Positions 26,473 to 36,318 of a DNA stretch of 49,600 nt are shown piece after piece (position 1 is the first letter of the stretch; each line of letters starts with the position of its first letter). The notes below the pieces were generated by a model. The model saw only the letters and a list, made by a program, of their open reading frames with translations, searched no databases and was not told the origin of the DNA. The position numbers and the translations under genes are program-made. Source of the stretch: Patescibacteria group bacterium (GTDB lineage Bacteria; Patescibacteriota; Minisyncoccia; Phycocordibacterales; UBA9973); NCBI GenBank assembly GCA_040384805.1, contig JAZKIP010000004.1, positions 118,954-168,553 on the forward strand. The letters are read 5' to 3'.

Positions 26473-26658
26473 TTTAGAAAAATAATGAAGCGAAGCGGAA
26501 TATATTTTTCTTGATCCGCCAAACAAATTTATTGATTATACTAGGAAGATGTGATAGGGTAATGTGAGTATTTAATGTATCAAGAATAATATAAAGTAAT
26601 ATATAAATTTGGGGCGGATAACGATTTTTATAGTCGTTCCTCCTTAAAAATCAGTCAT

Positions 26659-27129
26659 ATGCGACGAAAAATCAAAAACCGAAATAGTGTAGACGCTGAT
26701 ATTGCCTATAACTCGCAGAAGCTTGCGAAGTTCATCAATAACATCATGCAGCACGGCAAGAAAGAAACTGCACGCAAAGCTGTGTACATGGCTTTTGATA
26801 TCATCAAAGACAAGACAGGTAATCCAAATCCTCTTGAAGTTTTCGATACTGCTATCAAGAATGCAGGACCCATGGTAGAAGTCCGTTCACGACGCATCGG
26901 AGGCGCAAACTATCAGGTTCCCCGCGAAGTCCGTCCGGAACGAAGAACAGCATTAGCTATGCGATGGATCATCGAAGCCGCCCGCAATAAGAAAGGGGCT
27001 CCGATCCACCAGAAGCTTGCCGAAGAATTGATACTTGCTTCTAAAAATGAAGGTATCGCGGTCAAAAAGCGCGATGACACTCATAAGATGGCGGAATCAA
27101 ACAAGGCATTCGCTCACTTTGCCTGGTAA
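26659..27129 (+). CDS. rpsG: 30S ribosomal protein S7
   Basis: EVRSRRIGGANYQVP and HKMAESNKAFAHF. Confidence 0.99.
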   Translation: MRRKIKNRNSVDADIAYNSQKLAKFINNIMQHGKKETARKAVYMAFDIIKDKTGNPNPLEVFDTAIKNAGPMVEVRSRRIGGANYQVPREVRPERRTALAMRWIIEAARNKKGAPIHQKLAEELILASKNEGIAVKKRDDTHKMAESNKAFAHFAW

Positions 27130-27140
27130 TCATAAACGAA

Positions 27141-27170
27141 AACAAAAATCCCCGAGAGGGGATTTTTGTT
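27141..27170 (+). terminator. Intrinsic terminator between rpsG and fusA
   Basis: aacaaaaatcccc-gaga-ggggatttttgtt. Confidence 0.75.
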
Positions 27171-27224
27171 GCAAAATTAAGCCGTATGTTGTATATTCTA
27201 GGCACACAAGACATGAGAGTGTCT

Positions 27225-27254
27225 CCCGCCCGAACGACTGTTCAGTCGGGCAGG
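27225..27254. repeat. Short GC-rich palindromic element in the fusA leader
   Basis: cccgcccgaacgactgttcagtcgggcagg. Confidence 0.55.
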
Positions 27255-27282
27255 TTTTTATTTTTAGTCATTAATTATACAT

Positions 27283-29424
27283 ATGGAAAGAGATTATCCC
27301 TTAGCAAAAGTTAGAAATTTCGGAATTATCGCTCACATTGATGCGGGCAAGACGACGTCAACCGAGCGCGTGCTCTTTTATACGGGTCTTGTGCATAAGA
27401 TCGGCGAAGTGCATGACGGAGAGACGACGACAGACTGGATGGAACAGGAGCGCGAGCGCGGCATCACGATTACGTCAGCGGCCGTTACATGCTTCTGGAC
27501 GCCGACCTATGCTCCGAATGACAAGTCAAAGAAGCATCGTTTCAATATTATTGATACTCCCGGACACATCGACTTTACTGTTGAGGTGAAGCGGTCTCTT
27601 CGCGTGCTTGACGGCGCAGTCGTCGTGTTTGATGGCGTGGCCGGCGTTGAGCCTCAATCGGAAACGAACTGGCGCTATGCCGATGAGGCCAACGTTCCCC
27701 GTATCTGCTTCATCAACAAGCTTGACCGCACGGGCGCGTCCTTCGAGCACTCCTACAAGACGATCCTCGACCGCCTGACAAAGAAGGCCATCCGCATGCA
27801 GATCCCGATCGGACTTGAAGAAAACCATGAAGGCGTCGTCGATCTCCTTAAAATGAAGGCGTACTATTTCGAAGGCAATATGGGCAGTACGGTCGTCGAA
27901 AAGGAAATCCCCGAAGAGCTCAAGGCTGACGCCGAGAAATATCACGCAGAACTTATCGAAAAAATCGTCGAACAGGATGAAACTGTGATGAACGATTACT
28001 TTGAAGGCACAATTCCCGATATTGATACTCTGAAGAAACTGATGCGGAAAGCTGTTATCGCCAATGATGTTTTCCCGGTATTCGCGGGATCAGCTCTTAA
28101 GAACAAAGGCGTTCAGCTCGTCCTTGATGCTGTCGTAGATTATCTTCCAAGCCCTGTCGATATCCCTCCAATCAAAGGGGTGAATCCTGACACCGAAGAG
28201 CCTGACGAGCGAAAAGCCTCCGACGAGGAGCCGTTCTCCGCTCTTGCCTTCAAGGTTGCAACCGATCCTTTCGTCGGACAGATCATCTTCTTCCGCGTTT
28301 ATTCCGGTACTGTCTCAGCCGGAAGCTATGTCTACAATCCCCGCACGCGCAACAAGGAGCGTATCGGCCGAATTCTTCGCATGCATGCAAATGACCGGGA
28401 AGAAGTGAAGAAAGTCTTTGCTGGAGAAATCGCGGCCGCTGTCGGACTCAAGGATACGATTACCTCCGACACTCTCTGCGATGAAACGCATCCGATCGAA
28501 TTGTACCGCATTGTCTTCCCGGAACCGGTTATCTCTTTGCGTGTTGAGCCGAAGACGAAAGCCGATCAGGAAAAAATGGGCATGGCTCTTAATCGCCTCG
28601 CTCAGGAAGATCCGACATTCAAAGTTTCAACCGATCCGGAAACGAACGAAACAATCATTGCCGGAATGGGCGAACTCCATCTTGAAATTATCGTTGACCG
28701 CATGAAGCGCGAGTTCTCCGTCGAAACCAATGTCGGGAAACCCCAGGTAGCATACCGCGAGACGATCACCGGAACAGCCGATGTGGAAGGAAAATACATC
28801 AAGCAATCGGGAGGACGCGGAAACTATGGTCACGTAAAGATCAAGGTCAAGCCGATGGACATGTCGGTTGATCCTACTGATCTTCCTAAAAACACCAAGC
28901 GTGAAAAAGGATTCGAATTTATCAATACGATCAAAGGAGGCGCGATTCCTCAGGAATACATTCCTGCCTGCGAAAAGGGATTCAAGGAAGGCCTTGATCG
29001 CGGCGTTCTTGCCGGATTTAAGCTCGAAAACGTGTCTGTTGAGCTTTGGGACGGTTCTTACCACGATGTGGACTCCAATGAAATGGCCTTCAAGATCGCA
29101 GCATCAATGGCTATTCAGGATGCCTGCAAGATGGCAAAACCTGTTATCCTTGAACCGATGATGAGCGTCGAAGTAGTGACGCCTGACAAGTTCATGGGAG
29201 ATGTTACCGGAAGCCTGTCGTCGAAGAGAGGGCTCATCGAAGGTATGGAAGCCCGCGGCATGAACCAGGCTGTCAAAGCCGTGGTTCCGCTTTCTGAAAT
29301 GTTCGGCTACATGACGACTCTTCGTTCGATGACTGAAGGGCGCGCCGGATTCACGATGGAATTCCTTCGCTATGACATAGTCCCACAGAATGTGGCAACA
29401 ACGATTATTGAGTCGCGGAAGTAA
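27283..29424 (+). CDS. fusA: Elongation factor G
   Basis: [31 protein letters not shown] and GSYHDVDS. Confidence 0.99.
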   Translation: MERDYPLAKVRNFGIIAHIDAGKTTSTERVLFYTGLVHKIGEVHDGETTTDWMEQERERGITITSAAVTCFWTPTYAPNDKSKKHRFNIIDTPGHIDFTVEVKRSLRVLDGAVVVFDGVAGVEPQSETNWRYADEANVPRICFINKLDRTGASFEHSYKTILDRLTKKAIRMQIPIGLEENHEGVVDLLKMKAYYFEGNMGSTVVEKEIPEELKADAEKYHAELIEKIVEQDETVMNDYFEGTIPDIDTLKKLMRKAVIANDVFPVFAGSALKNKGVQLVLDAVVDYLPSPVDIPPIKGVNPDTEEPDERKASDEEPFSALAFKVATDPFVGQIIFFRVYSGTVSAGSYVYNPRTRNKERIGRILRMHANDREEVKKVFAGEIAAAVGLKDTITSDTLCDETHPIELYRIVFPEPVISLRVEPKTKADQEKMGMALNRLAQEDPTFKVSTDPETNETIIAGMGELHLEIIVDRMKREFSVETNVGKPQVAYRETITGTADVEGKYIKQSGGRGNYGHVKIKVKPMDMSVDPTDLPKNTKREKGFEFINTIKGGAIPQEYIPACEKGFKEGLDRGVLAGFKLENVSVELWDGSYHDVDSNEMAFKIAASMAIQDACKMAKPVILEPMMSVEVVTPDKFMGDVTGSLSSKRGLIEGMEARGMNQAVKAVVPLSEMFGYMTTLRSMTEGRAGFTMEFLRYDIVPQNVATTIIESRK

Positions 29425-29439
29425 TTATATTTGTGCAAT

Positions 29440-29473
29440 AGAAATGCCCTTCTCTTGGAAGGGCTTTCTTTTT
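29440..29473 (+). terminator. Terminator after fusA
   Basis: agaaatgcccttc...gaagggctttcttttt. Confidence 0.7.
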
Positions 29474-29489
29474 GTACATACGTGTACGG

Positions 29490-29699
29490 TTACTTTTTTA
29501 CTCCCTGGTCGGCGGGCTTTTTCTCATCAAAGCCGAGGGGAATAAGGCTGGTTTTCGGCTTTGCCTTCTCATTGGATTTTTGTGAGGTAACATTTCCAAA
29601 AGCAGAGGGATTCCCAGAAGTTGGGGCCTTAGCTGAATTACCGGTGGCGAGCACCATAATAATCATAGCGAGAAGCAGGAAGGGAACAAAAACTTTCAT
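29490..29699 (-). CDS. Small secreted/anchored orphan protein
   Basis: MKVFVPFLLLAMIIMVLATG signal-like start; own TTGACA-16-TATACT promoter at 29776-29749. Confidence 0.5.
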   Translation of the reverse strand: MKVFVPFLLLAMIIMVLATGNSAKAPTSGNPSAFGNVTSQKSNEKAKPKTSLIPLGFDEKKPADQGVKK

Positions 29700-29839
29700 A
29701 AATATTAAAGTTTTAACATGAATAGATAAAATTTTAAACTTCATTACAAGTATACAAAGACTATATATCTTGTCAATACAGGCTTTTAAATCTCCGTACG
29801 TATGATATACTGAGACCCATAACAGTTAATTTTCCTCAT

Positions 29840-30346
29840 ATGCAAAATAAAAAAGGAAATACAAGCGTTATCGTTTCTTTTATCATCGTCGTATGTGTCG
29901 TCGGTCTTGTCGTGTATGCTCTTCTTCATAAGAAAGAAAGAGAAAATCCACTTCAGGAATTGGAGAATTCCTCGGTTGCAGGACAACAGGATATACCACA
30001 GGCGTCTGCTGAGATAAAAAAAGAACCGGCTGCGCCTAAAAAATCTATGGAACAACAAGCAAAAAACGGAGATACATTGATTATGAATTATACAGGTCGC
30101 CTAACAAACGGGACGGTCTTTGATTCGAATGTCGATCCGAAATTTCAACATGTTGAACCGTTTGAATTCACTCTTGGCGCGGGCCAGGTGATCAAGGGGT
30201 GGGATGAAGGCCTTCTCGGCATGAAGGTCGGGGAGAAGAGAATCCTGACGGTCCCACCTGAAAAGGGATATGGCGATCGCGCAGTAGGCGGCATACCCGC
30301 CAACTCTACGCTTATCTTTGACGTTGAGCTTGTAGCTATAAAATAA
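29840..30346 (+). CDS. FKBP-type peptidyl-prolyl isomerase with N-terminal TM
   Basis: YTGRLTNGTVFDS, VIKGWDEG and IPANSTLIFDVEL. Confidence 0.95.
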   Translation: MQNKKGNTSVIVSFIIVVCVVGLVVYALLHKKERENPLQELENSSVAGQQDIPQASAEIKKEPAAPKKSMEQQAKNGDTLIMNYTGRLTNGTVFDSNVDPKFQHVEPFEFTLGAGQVIKGWDEGLLGMKVGEKRILTVPPEKGYGDRAVGGIPANSTLIFDVELVAIK

Positions 30347-30352
30347 TAAATC

Positions 30353-31852
30353 ATGAACCAGAAAAAAGTAGAAAAAGCGAAGCGTTTTTTCCTGCGCAAA
30401 AGAGTGCTTATACCGGCAGCTCTGATTCTTCTCATTGTTATTCTTCTCCTTGTCAAAGGCTCTTCAGATGATACGATTTCTGTTGTTTCTCCTACGATCG
30501 GCGACTTGTCTCAGACAGTTCGCGCAACAGGGCAGGTGACATCGAAAACAGATATCAATCTCTCTTTCAATTCAAGCGGAATGGTGAGATCGCTTAAGGT
30601 TGAAACGGGTGACAAGGTCAAAAGCGGACAGATTTTGGCAAGCCTTGATCAAGGTTCCGTTTTAGCATCTCTTACCCAGGCCCGCGGCGCGCTTGCGGCA
30701 GCCGAAGCGCGCCTTAAGAGGACTCTCGAGGGCTCTTCCAATGAGGAAATAGCGCTTGCTCAAATCACTTATGACCAGACAAAGAAAACACAGGAAACCC
30801 TAGTCAAGAATGCATATTATAATCTTCTTAATTCCACTCCGGAAGCTGTGCCTATAACAACAACTAACGATTATGCGGCTCCTGTGATATCGGGAACCTA
30901 TAATCTTAACAAAGAGGGAATCATCAGAATCAAGACATATATCAATTCGGGAGGAAGTTCAAGTTTTACCGTTTCAGGGCTAACAGTGGGCACGGGAATT
31001 GCCACCACGATGATTCCTCAGCCGATCGGCGATTCGGGCCTTTATATTACGTTTCCTTCCTCGACTGATACGAATCTTACCGAATGGGTTGTTGCTATTC
31101 CCAACAAAAAAGCAGCGAACTATCTTTCGAATCTCAATGCCTATGAAGCTGCCGTTACCCAAGGGGAACTCTTGGTCGACCAAAAGGAAGCCGAACTTGC
31201 TTTGAAGAAAGCCGAAGCTAGGGGCTCAGATGTTGATCTTGCCCGAGCAGATATTACGAGCGCTCAGGGTCAGGTTCAGGCGGCTCAGGCCCGCTATGAG
31301 GATACGATCATCCGCGCTCCAAGTGACGGTACGATTACGGATGTCGCCGTCAAATACGGCGAACAGACGGACTCTCAGAAAACGGCAATCGTTTTGCAGG
31401 ATGTCGATCACCTCTATATCGAAGCCGATATCAACGAATCAAATATTGCAACGGTCAAACTCGGACAAAGTGTCGATATTATTTTCGACGCTTTCGGCAA
31501 TGAGAAAAAGTTCACTGGGTCGGTTGCCCAGATTAACCCGTCGTCTGTCGCGGCCGATGGCGTTGTCAATTACAAGATCAAAGTCTCCGTCAATGAGAGC
31601 GACGACGCTATTCGTCCGGGCATGAATGCTGAGATTACGATCACGGCTCTCACGAAAGAAAATGTCCTCTCTGTGCCGCGGGCAAGCGTTACTGTTCGTG
31701 ACAACGTATCGTATGTCAACGTTATCACAAATGAAAAGAGAAAGACGTATGAAGAACGGGAAATAACGACCGGTCTTGTCGGGGACGGCAACCTTGTTGA
31801 AATACAAAGCGGATTATCCGCTGATGATCGCATTGCGCTTTTCGTGAAATAA
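30353..31852 (+). CDS. Periplasmic adaptor / membrane fusion protein (MacA/HlyD-like)
   Basis: VETGDKVKSGQILA, coiled coil, IRAPSDGTI and IRPGMNA. Confidence 0.9.
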   Translation: MNQKKVEKAKRFFLRKRVLIPAALILLIVILLLVKGSSDDTISVVSPTIGDLSQTVRATGQVTSKTDINLSFNSSGMVRSLKVETGDKVKSGQILASLDQGSVLASLTQARGALAAAEARLKRTLEGSSNEEIALAQITYDQTKKTQETLVKNAYYNLLNSTPEAVPITTTNDYAAPVISGTYNLNKEGIIRIKTYINSGGSSSFTVSGLTVGTGIATTMIPQPIGDSGLYITFPSSTDTNLTEWVVAIPNKKAANYLSNLNAYEAAVTQGELLVDQKEAELALKKAEARGSDVDLARADITSAQGQVQAAQARYEDTIIRAPSDGTITDVAVKYGEQTDSQKTAIVLQDVDHLYIEADINESNIATVKLGQSVDIIFDAFGNEKKFTGSVAQINPSSVAADGVVNYKIKVSVNESDDAIRPGMNAEITITALTKENVLSVPRASVTVRDNVSYVNVITNEKRKTYEEREITTGLVGDGNLVEIQSGLSADDRIALFVK

Positions 31853-33129
31853 TGGCTGACCGGACAAAAATTGAAAACTCATTTTCTCAGAATGTTATCG
31901 TCGGCTGGTTTCTAGCCAAGCGTGATTTGAAGCGCGCCAATATATGGACGACGCTTCTGATTGTTCTTGTCATGACGCTCACGTTTCTCAATCTCATCGT
32001 TGTATCGGGCATTCTTGTCGGCCTTATCCAAGGGTCGGAAGACGCACAGAAGAAATATGCGATCGGAGATATTGTTATCTCGTCCTTCTTAAACCGATCC
32101 GCTATCGAGCAGACGCCGCGCGTTGTCGATATCGTCAAAACCATCCCGGGATACAAGAATCATACGGTGCGCTACACGGGCTCGGCGCGGGTAGAATCCA
32201 ATTATCGCGACACGATCAAGCCGGGGGAGAAGCGTGACGGCGCTGGCGCCATGCTCATGGGAATTGATCCTGTCGAGGAGAACAGATTTTCCGGCATTTC
32301 CAAATTTGTCATCCGGGGATCCTATCTTGAGCCGACCGATGGCGACAGCGTCCTGATCGGCAAGAATCTCCTCTATGAATTCACTCCGATCGAGGCTCCG
32401 GGATTTCAAACTCTTAAAGATGTCTCTGTAGGATCCCGCATAAAGGTGACAGTTGGTAATGCCTCAAAGGAGTATTTCGTTAAAGGGATCATTTCAAGCA
32501 AAGTCGACGAATTCGATACGTCGATCGTAACGCTCTCAAACGAGGTCCGGAAATTAACCGGTCGTACCGATCTTGATGCCGGAACGATCGCCATACAGCT
32601 TGAGGAGGGAACCGATCCTGCGGCGGCAAAGCAGTTCCTGCTTGATAGCGGTGTGGGTGAGTTCGCGCGCGTTCAAACAGCCGAGGAAGCGTTCCCCAAA
32701 TTCCTAACGGATATAAAAGCAACATTCGGGATTCTTGGATCGGCCATATCGGGCATCGGCCTCGTCGTCGCTTCGATTACGATCTTTATCGTTATCTTCG
32801 TCAATGCCATTACCCGCAGGCGCTTTATTGGAATTCTCAAAGGCATCGGCATCAATCAGAAAGCCATTCTTTATTCATATATGTACCAGGCGACGATCTA
32901 TGCGTCGCTCGGCATTATCCTCGGCATGATCCTTATTTTCGGGGTGATCAAGCCGTATTTTGCATCCAACCCGATCGACTTCCCGTTCTCTGACGGTATC
33001 TTGGTCGCCACGCTTTCCGGAACATTGATTCGCGCCGGGATACTTTTAATCACGACAATGATTGCCGGATATATTCCGGCGCGGATCGTGGTTAAGCAAA
33101 ATACATTAAGCGCAATTCTGGGAAGGTAA
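31852..33129 (+). CDS. ABC transporter permease (MacB/FtsX/LolC-like)
   Basis: TM1, large extracytoplasmic domain, then 3 TMs; IGILKGIG and YIPAR. Confidence 0.88.
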   Translation: MADRTKIENSFSQNVIVGWFLAKRDLKRANIWTTLLIVLVMTLTFLNLIVVSGILVGLIQGSEDAQKKYAIGDIVISSFLNRSAIEQTPRVVDIVKTIPGYKNHTVRYTGSARVESNYRDTIKPGEKRDGAGAMLMGIDPVEENRFSGISKFVIRGSYLEPTDGDSVLIGKNLLYEFTPIEAPGFQTLKDVSVGSRIKVTVGNASKEYFVKGIISSKVDEFDTSIVTLSNEVRKLTGRTDLDAGTIAIQLEEGTDPAAAKQFLLDSGVGEFARVQTAEEAFPKFLTDIKATFGILGSAISGIGLVVASITIFIVIFVNAITRRRFIGILKGIGINQKAILYSYMYQATIYASLGIILGMILIFGVIKPYFASNPIDFPFSDGILVATLSGTLIRAGILLITTMIAGYIPARIVVKQNTLSAILGR

Positions 33130-33130
33130 T

Positions 33131-33147
33131 CCCGTTAGAAATATTAT
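33131..33147. mobile_element. Solo left end of the CCCGTTAGA element
   Basis: TAAT-CCCGTTAGAAatattat-ATG between the permease stop and the ATPase start. Confidence 0.45.
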
Positions 33148-33831
33148 ATGATACAAGTAAAAAATCTCACAAAAATATTCCAAAGCGGCGACCAGAGGAT
33201 CGTAGCTCTTAATGATCTGTCTTTTACTGTTCCCGAAGGGCAGTTCTTGACTATTACTGGAAAATCAGGATCGGGCAAGTCGACGCTCTTATACCAGCTC
33301 GGGCTTCTTGATATCCCGACAAGCGGGGAAGTATATATCGACGGAAAGGAGTGCGTATGGATTCCCGAAAAGGAACGAACGATAACGAGGCTCAACGATC
33401 TCGGATACATTTTCCAGGATTACGCCATACTCCCGTCGCTTACAGCTCTTGAAAATACTATTCTGCCTCTTTTGATGCAGGGGTATAGCAAGGATGCCGC
33501 TCACAGGAAAGCCAAGAAGGCGCTTGAGCGTGTCGGACTTCTTGACCGCATGAATAACCTGCCGAGCCAGCTCTCGGGCGGTCAGCAGCAGAGAGTATCA
33601 ATCGCCCGGGCCATATCTCATGACCCCAAGATCGTCTTTGCCGACGAGCCGACGGCGAATCTCGACTCGGAAACATCAGAGCAGGTCATCAAAGCTTTCA
33701 TTGATCTTAACAAAGAAGGACAAACGATCGTCATGGTGACTCACGAACCTGAATATGCAAAGATGGCTGACCGGACAATCACCATGGCTGACGGAAACAT
33801 CATAAACGACGTCATGAATAAGAAAAAATAA
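33148..33831 (+). CDS. ABC transporter ATP-binding protein (LolD/MacB-like)
   Basis: GKSGSGKST, LSGGQQQRV, ADEPTANLD and VTHE. Confidence 0.96.
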   Translation: MIQVKNLTKIFQSGDQRIVALNDLSFTVPEGQFLTITGKSGSGKSTLLYQLGLLDIPTSGEVYIDGKECVWIPEKERTITRLNDLGYIFQDYAILPSLTALENTILPLLMQGYSKDAAHRKAKKALERVGLLDRMNNLPSQLSGGQQQRVSIARAISHDPKIVFADEPTANLDSETSEQVIKAFIDLNKEGQTIVMVTHEPEYAKMADRTITMADGNIINDVMNKKK

Positions 33832-33874
33832 AAACTCCTGAAAGCGCTTACTGGTAAGGCTTTCAGGAGTTTTT
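33830..33874 (+). terminator. Intrinsic terminator
   Basis: aaaaactcctgaaagc...gctttcaggagttttt. Confidence 0.75.
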
Positions 33875-33906
33875 CCTCGCTTTTACTTCTATGATATACT
33901 TATTAT

Positions 33907-34704
33907 ATGGAAACATTGTATACAAACAAAAGGTTTATTAAAGCGGCAATCGCGCTTATTATTTTATTATCATTATTCGTTCTTGCATTATTCGTTAATG
34001 AAGTAAAGTCAGGAAGCTATATCGGTCGCGAGGGACAGCCCCTTCCGACCATCACAGTGTCCGGCACTGCCGATGTTATAGCAGTATCGGATCTTGCAAC
34101 GCTTTCTGTCAATCTTACGAAAGACGGAGCAACAGCAAAGGAAGCTCAGGATCTCTTGAATCAATCAATCGCAAAGACTGTTGATTATCTCAAGGGCCAG
34201 AATATCGAAGACAAGGATATCAAATCAGAATACGGCGGCGTGAATCCGAAGTATTCATATGATCAGATGGTTTGTATTACATATCCGTGTCCGCAAAGAG
34301 ATCCGAAGATCGTCGGATATACGGCAACGCAGACGATAACCGTTAAAGTCCGTGCTGCCGACATGGCAAATGAGATCCGCACCGGACTTACGAATCTCGG
34401 CAATACGAACATCTACGGGCCAACCTTTACGATCGATGACGAAGATGTATTTAAGGCAGAGGCTCGCGAAAAGGCTATTACTGATGCACGTGAAAAGGCC
34501 GAAGTCCTTGCGCGACAGCTCGATGTACGTCTCGGCAAGATCATAAACTTCTCTGAAGGCAACAACGGTTCGTACCCAATGTATGAAAAAGCAATGGTGG
34601 CCAATCAGGCCATGGATGCTTCAGGTGCAGCTCCTGCTCCAACCCTTCCAAAAGGGGAGAATACGATAACATCAAACGTTACTATAACGTACGAAATCCA
34701 CTAA
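33907..34704 (+). CDS. SIMPL (DUF541) domain protein
   Basis: TITVSGTA, GYTATQTITV and AITDAREKAEVLA; N-terminal TM. Confidence 0.9.
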   Translation: METLYTNKRFIKAAIALIILLSLFVLALFVNEVKSGSYIGREGQPLPTITVSGTADVIAVSDLATLSVNLTKDGATAKEAQDLLNQSIAKTVDYLKGQNIEDKDIKSEYGGVNPKYSYDQMVCITYPCPQRDPKIVGYTATQTITVKVRAADMANEIRTGLTNLGNTNIYGPTFTIDDEDVFKAEAREKAITDAREKAEVLARQLDVRLGKIINFSEGNNGSYPMYEKAMVANQAMDASGAAPAPTLPKGENTITSNVTITYEIH

Positions 34705-34708
34705 AACC

Positions 34709-34745
34709 AATAAAAATACCCCGCCTCAAGCGGGGTATTTTTATT
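34709..34745. terminator. Terminator upstream of secE
   Basis: aataaaaataccccgc-ctcaa-gcggggtatttttatt. Confidence 0.75.
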
Positions 34746-34773
34746 TGACTTTTAAAAGATTAAAATGTACTAT
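34745..34773 (+). promoter_or_regulatory. Sigma70 promoter of secE-nusG
   Basis: TTGACT-17-TACTAT. Confidence 0.6.
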
Positions 34774-34825
34774 CTCTATATATGCCCCGCGGGGTGTTTT
34801 TTAATAAGAGCTAACCAATCGCACT

Positions 34826-35014
34826 ATGAGCAAAACTGTTGAATATATCAAAGAAGTAAGGGTTGAAATGAAAAACGTAAAATGGCCGACCCAAAGGCAG
34901 ACAATTTTTTTTACGATTGCCGTTTTGGTCGTATCGATCGCAGTCGCCTATTTCTTAGGCTTGTTCGATAAAATATTCGCGAAAGGCCTCGAATGGCTTC
35001 TTCTTATAAAATAA
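34826..35014 (+). CDS. secE: Preprotein translocase subunit SecE
   Basis: EMKNVKWPT plus one TM; lies upstream of nusG. Confidence 0.95.
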   Translation: MSKTVEYIKEVRVEMKNVKWPTQRQTIFFTIAVLVVSIAVAYFLGLFDKIFAKGLEWLLLIK

Positions 35015-35050
35015 ACGCGAGTCCGGACTTTTTCCGGCCTCATTATAACT

Positions 35051-35605
35051 ATGGCAAAACAAGAATTACGTGGAGAAAGAAACTGGTATGCGATCCATAC
35101 CTATGCGGGATATGAGAACGCTGTCTTGCGCAACCTCAAACAGCGTATCGACAGCCTCGGCATGAATGACAAGATTTTCAATGTCATCGTTCCGACGGAA
35201 AAAAAGATCAAGATCAAGGCGGGGAAAAGAGCGGAAGTCGAAGAGAAAGTCTACCCGGGATATGTCCTTGTCGACATGATCGTTGATGACAATTCATGGT
35301 ATGTCGTTCGCAATACGCCCCGCGTGACAGGATTCGTCGGAGCAGGAGTCAATCCAGTGCCATTGAACAAGCAGGAAGTCGAAGATCTCTTCGGCCGCAT
35401 GGATAAGGAAAGCAATGCAGCAGGCAAGCACCAGATCGATGTCGAGATCGACGAGATCGTGCGTATTGCCGACGGTCCGTTCAAGGAACTTGAAGGCAAG
35501 GTGAGCGATGTGGATAAGGAGAGGGGCAAGGTGAAGGTCTTGGTTTCGATGTTCGGGCGCGAAACGCCGGTTGAGCTTGATTTCCTCCAAATCAAGAAGT
35601 TATAA
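35051..35605 (+). CDS. nusG: Transcription factor NusG
   Basis: WYAIHTYAGYE, YPGYVLV, TPRVTGFVG and MFGRETPVEL. Confidence 0.98.
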   Translation: MAKQELRGERNWYAIHTYAGYENAVLRNLKQRIDSLGMNDKIFNVIVPTEKKIKIKAGKRAEVEEKVYPGYVLVDMIVDDNSWYVVRNTPRVTGFVGAGVNPVPLNKQEVEDLFGRMDKESNAAGKHQIDVEIDEIVRIADGPFKELEGKVSDVDKERGKVKVLVSMFGRETPVELDFLQIKKL

Positions 35606-35727
35606 ACAACCATCTAATCCCATCTACTTCGTTAGAAAGGAAAATAGCTCGGTCAATGTATGATTTATACATCTCTCTCGTTATTTTCTTTTCTGCCTCA
35701 TATCTGGAATTATCTGACTGTTTATAA
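35600..35727. repeat. 128-bp rod-like inverted-repeat element between nusG and rplK
   Basis: TTATAAACA/TGTTTATAA ends, AGAAAGGAAAATAGC/GTTATTTTCTTTTCT and ATGTAT/ATACAT. Confidence 0.6.
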
Positions 35728-35833
35728 AAATGAGGGATTTTTCATTTCCTAAATAATGTTTGATTTCCAAGCCTAATTGTGTTACATTACCTCTGTTACG
35801 CTACGCTTCAATTAATATACCTATAAAACTTAT

Positions 35834-36259
35834 ATGGCAGCTAAAAAAATCACTAAAAAAGTAAAACTACAAATCCCGGCGGCAAAGGCAACGCCAGCGC
35901 CGCCACTTGGACCGGCGCTTGGTCAGGCGGGAGTCAATATCGCCGAATTCTGCCAGAAATTCAATGCAATGACTCAGTCAATGGCAGGCGAGATTGTCGG
36001 ATGCGTCATTTCCGTCTTTGAAGACCGCACGTATGACATCAAGGTCAAGACTCCTCCTGTTGCAGGACTTATCTTCAAGGCCGCAGGCATTGAAAAGGGT
36101 TCTGGCAAGCCGAATACCTCAAAGGTAGGCAAGATTACGAAAGATCAGGTTCGCGCGATCGCCGAGAAGAAAATGGTAGACCTCAATGCCAAGAATATAG
36201 AAGGTGCGATGAAGATCGTCGAAGGTTCAGCACGCTCAGCAGGCATTACTGTCGTTTAA
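35834..36259 (+). CDS. rplK: 50S ribosomal protein L11
   Basis: [19 protein letters not shown] and GSARSAGI. Confidence 0.99.
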   Translation: MAAKKITKKVKLQIPAAKATPAPPLGPALGQAGVNIAEFCQKFNAMTQSMAGEIVGCVISVFEDRTYDIKVKTPPVAGLIFKAAGIEKGSGKPNTSKVGKITKDQVRAIAEKKMVDLNAKNIEGAMKIVEGSARSAGITVV

Positions 36260-36260
36260 T

Positions 36261-36302
36261 ATACAAAATAAAATCTCCCGCGAGGGAGATTTTATTTTGT
36301 AT
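36261..36302 (+). terminator. Terminator directly after rplK
   Basis: atacaaaataaaatctccc-gcga-gggagattttattttgtat. Confidence 0.8.
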
Positions 36303-36318
36303 GAAATATATTTTATCT

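Noticed and set aside
34750-34825. tRNA (e.g. tRNA-Trp) upstream of secE
   Set aside because: No cloverleaf or T-loop GTTCRA; only a promoter and a small GCCCCGCGGGGT hairpin.
35509-35517. TGTGGATAA in nusG as part of oriC
   Set aside because: A single box within a coding region, with no DnaA-box cluster, dnaA or dnaN nearby.
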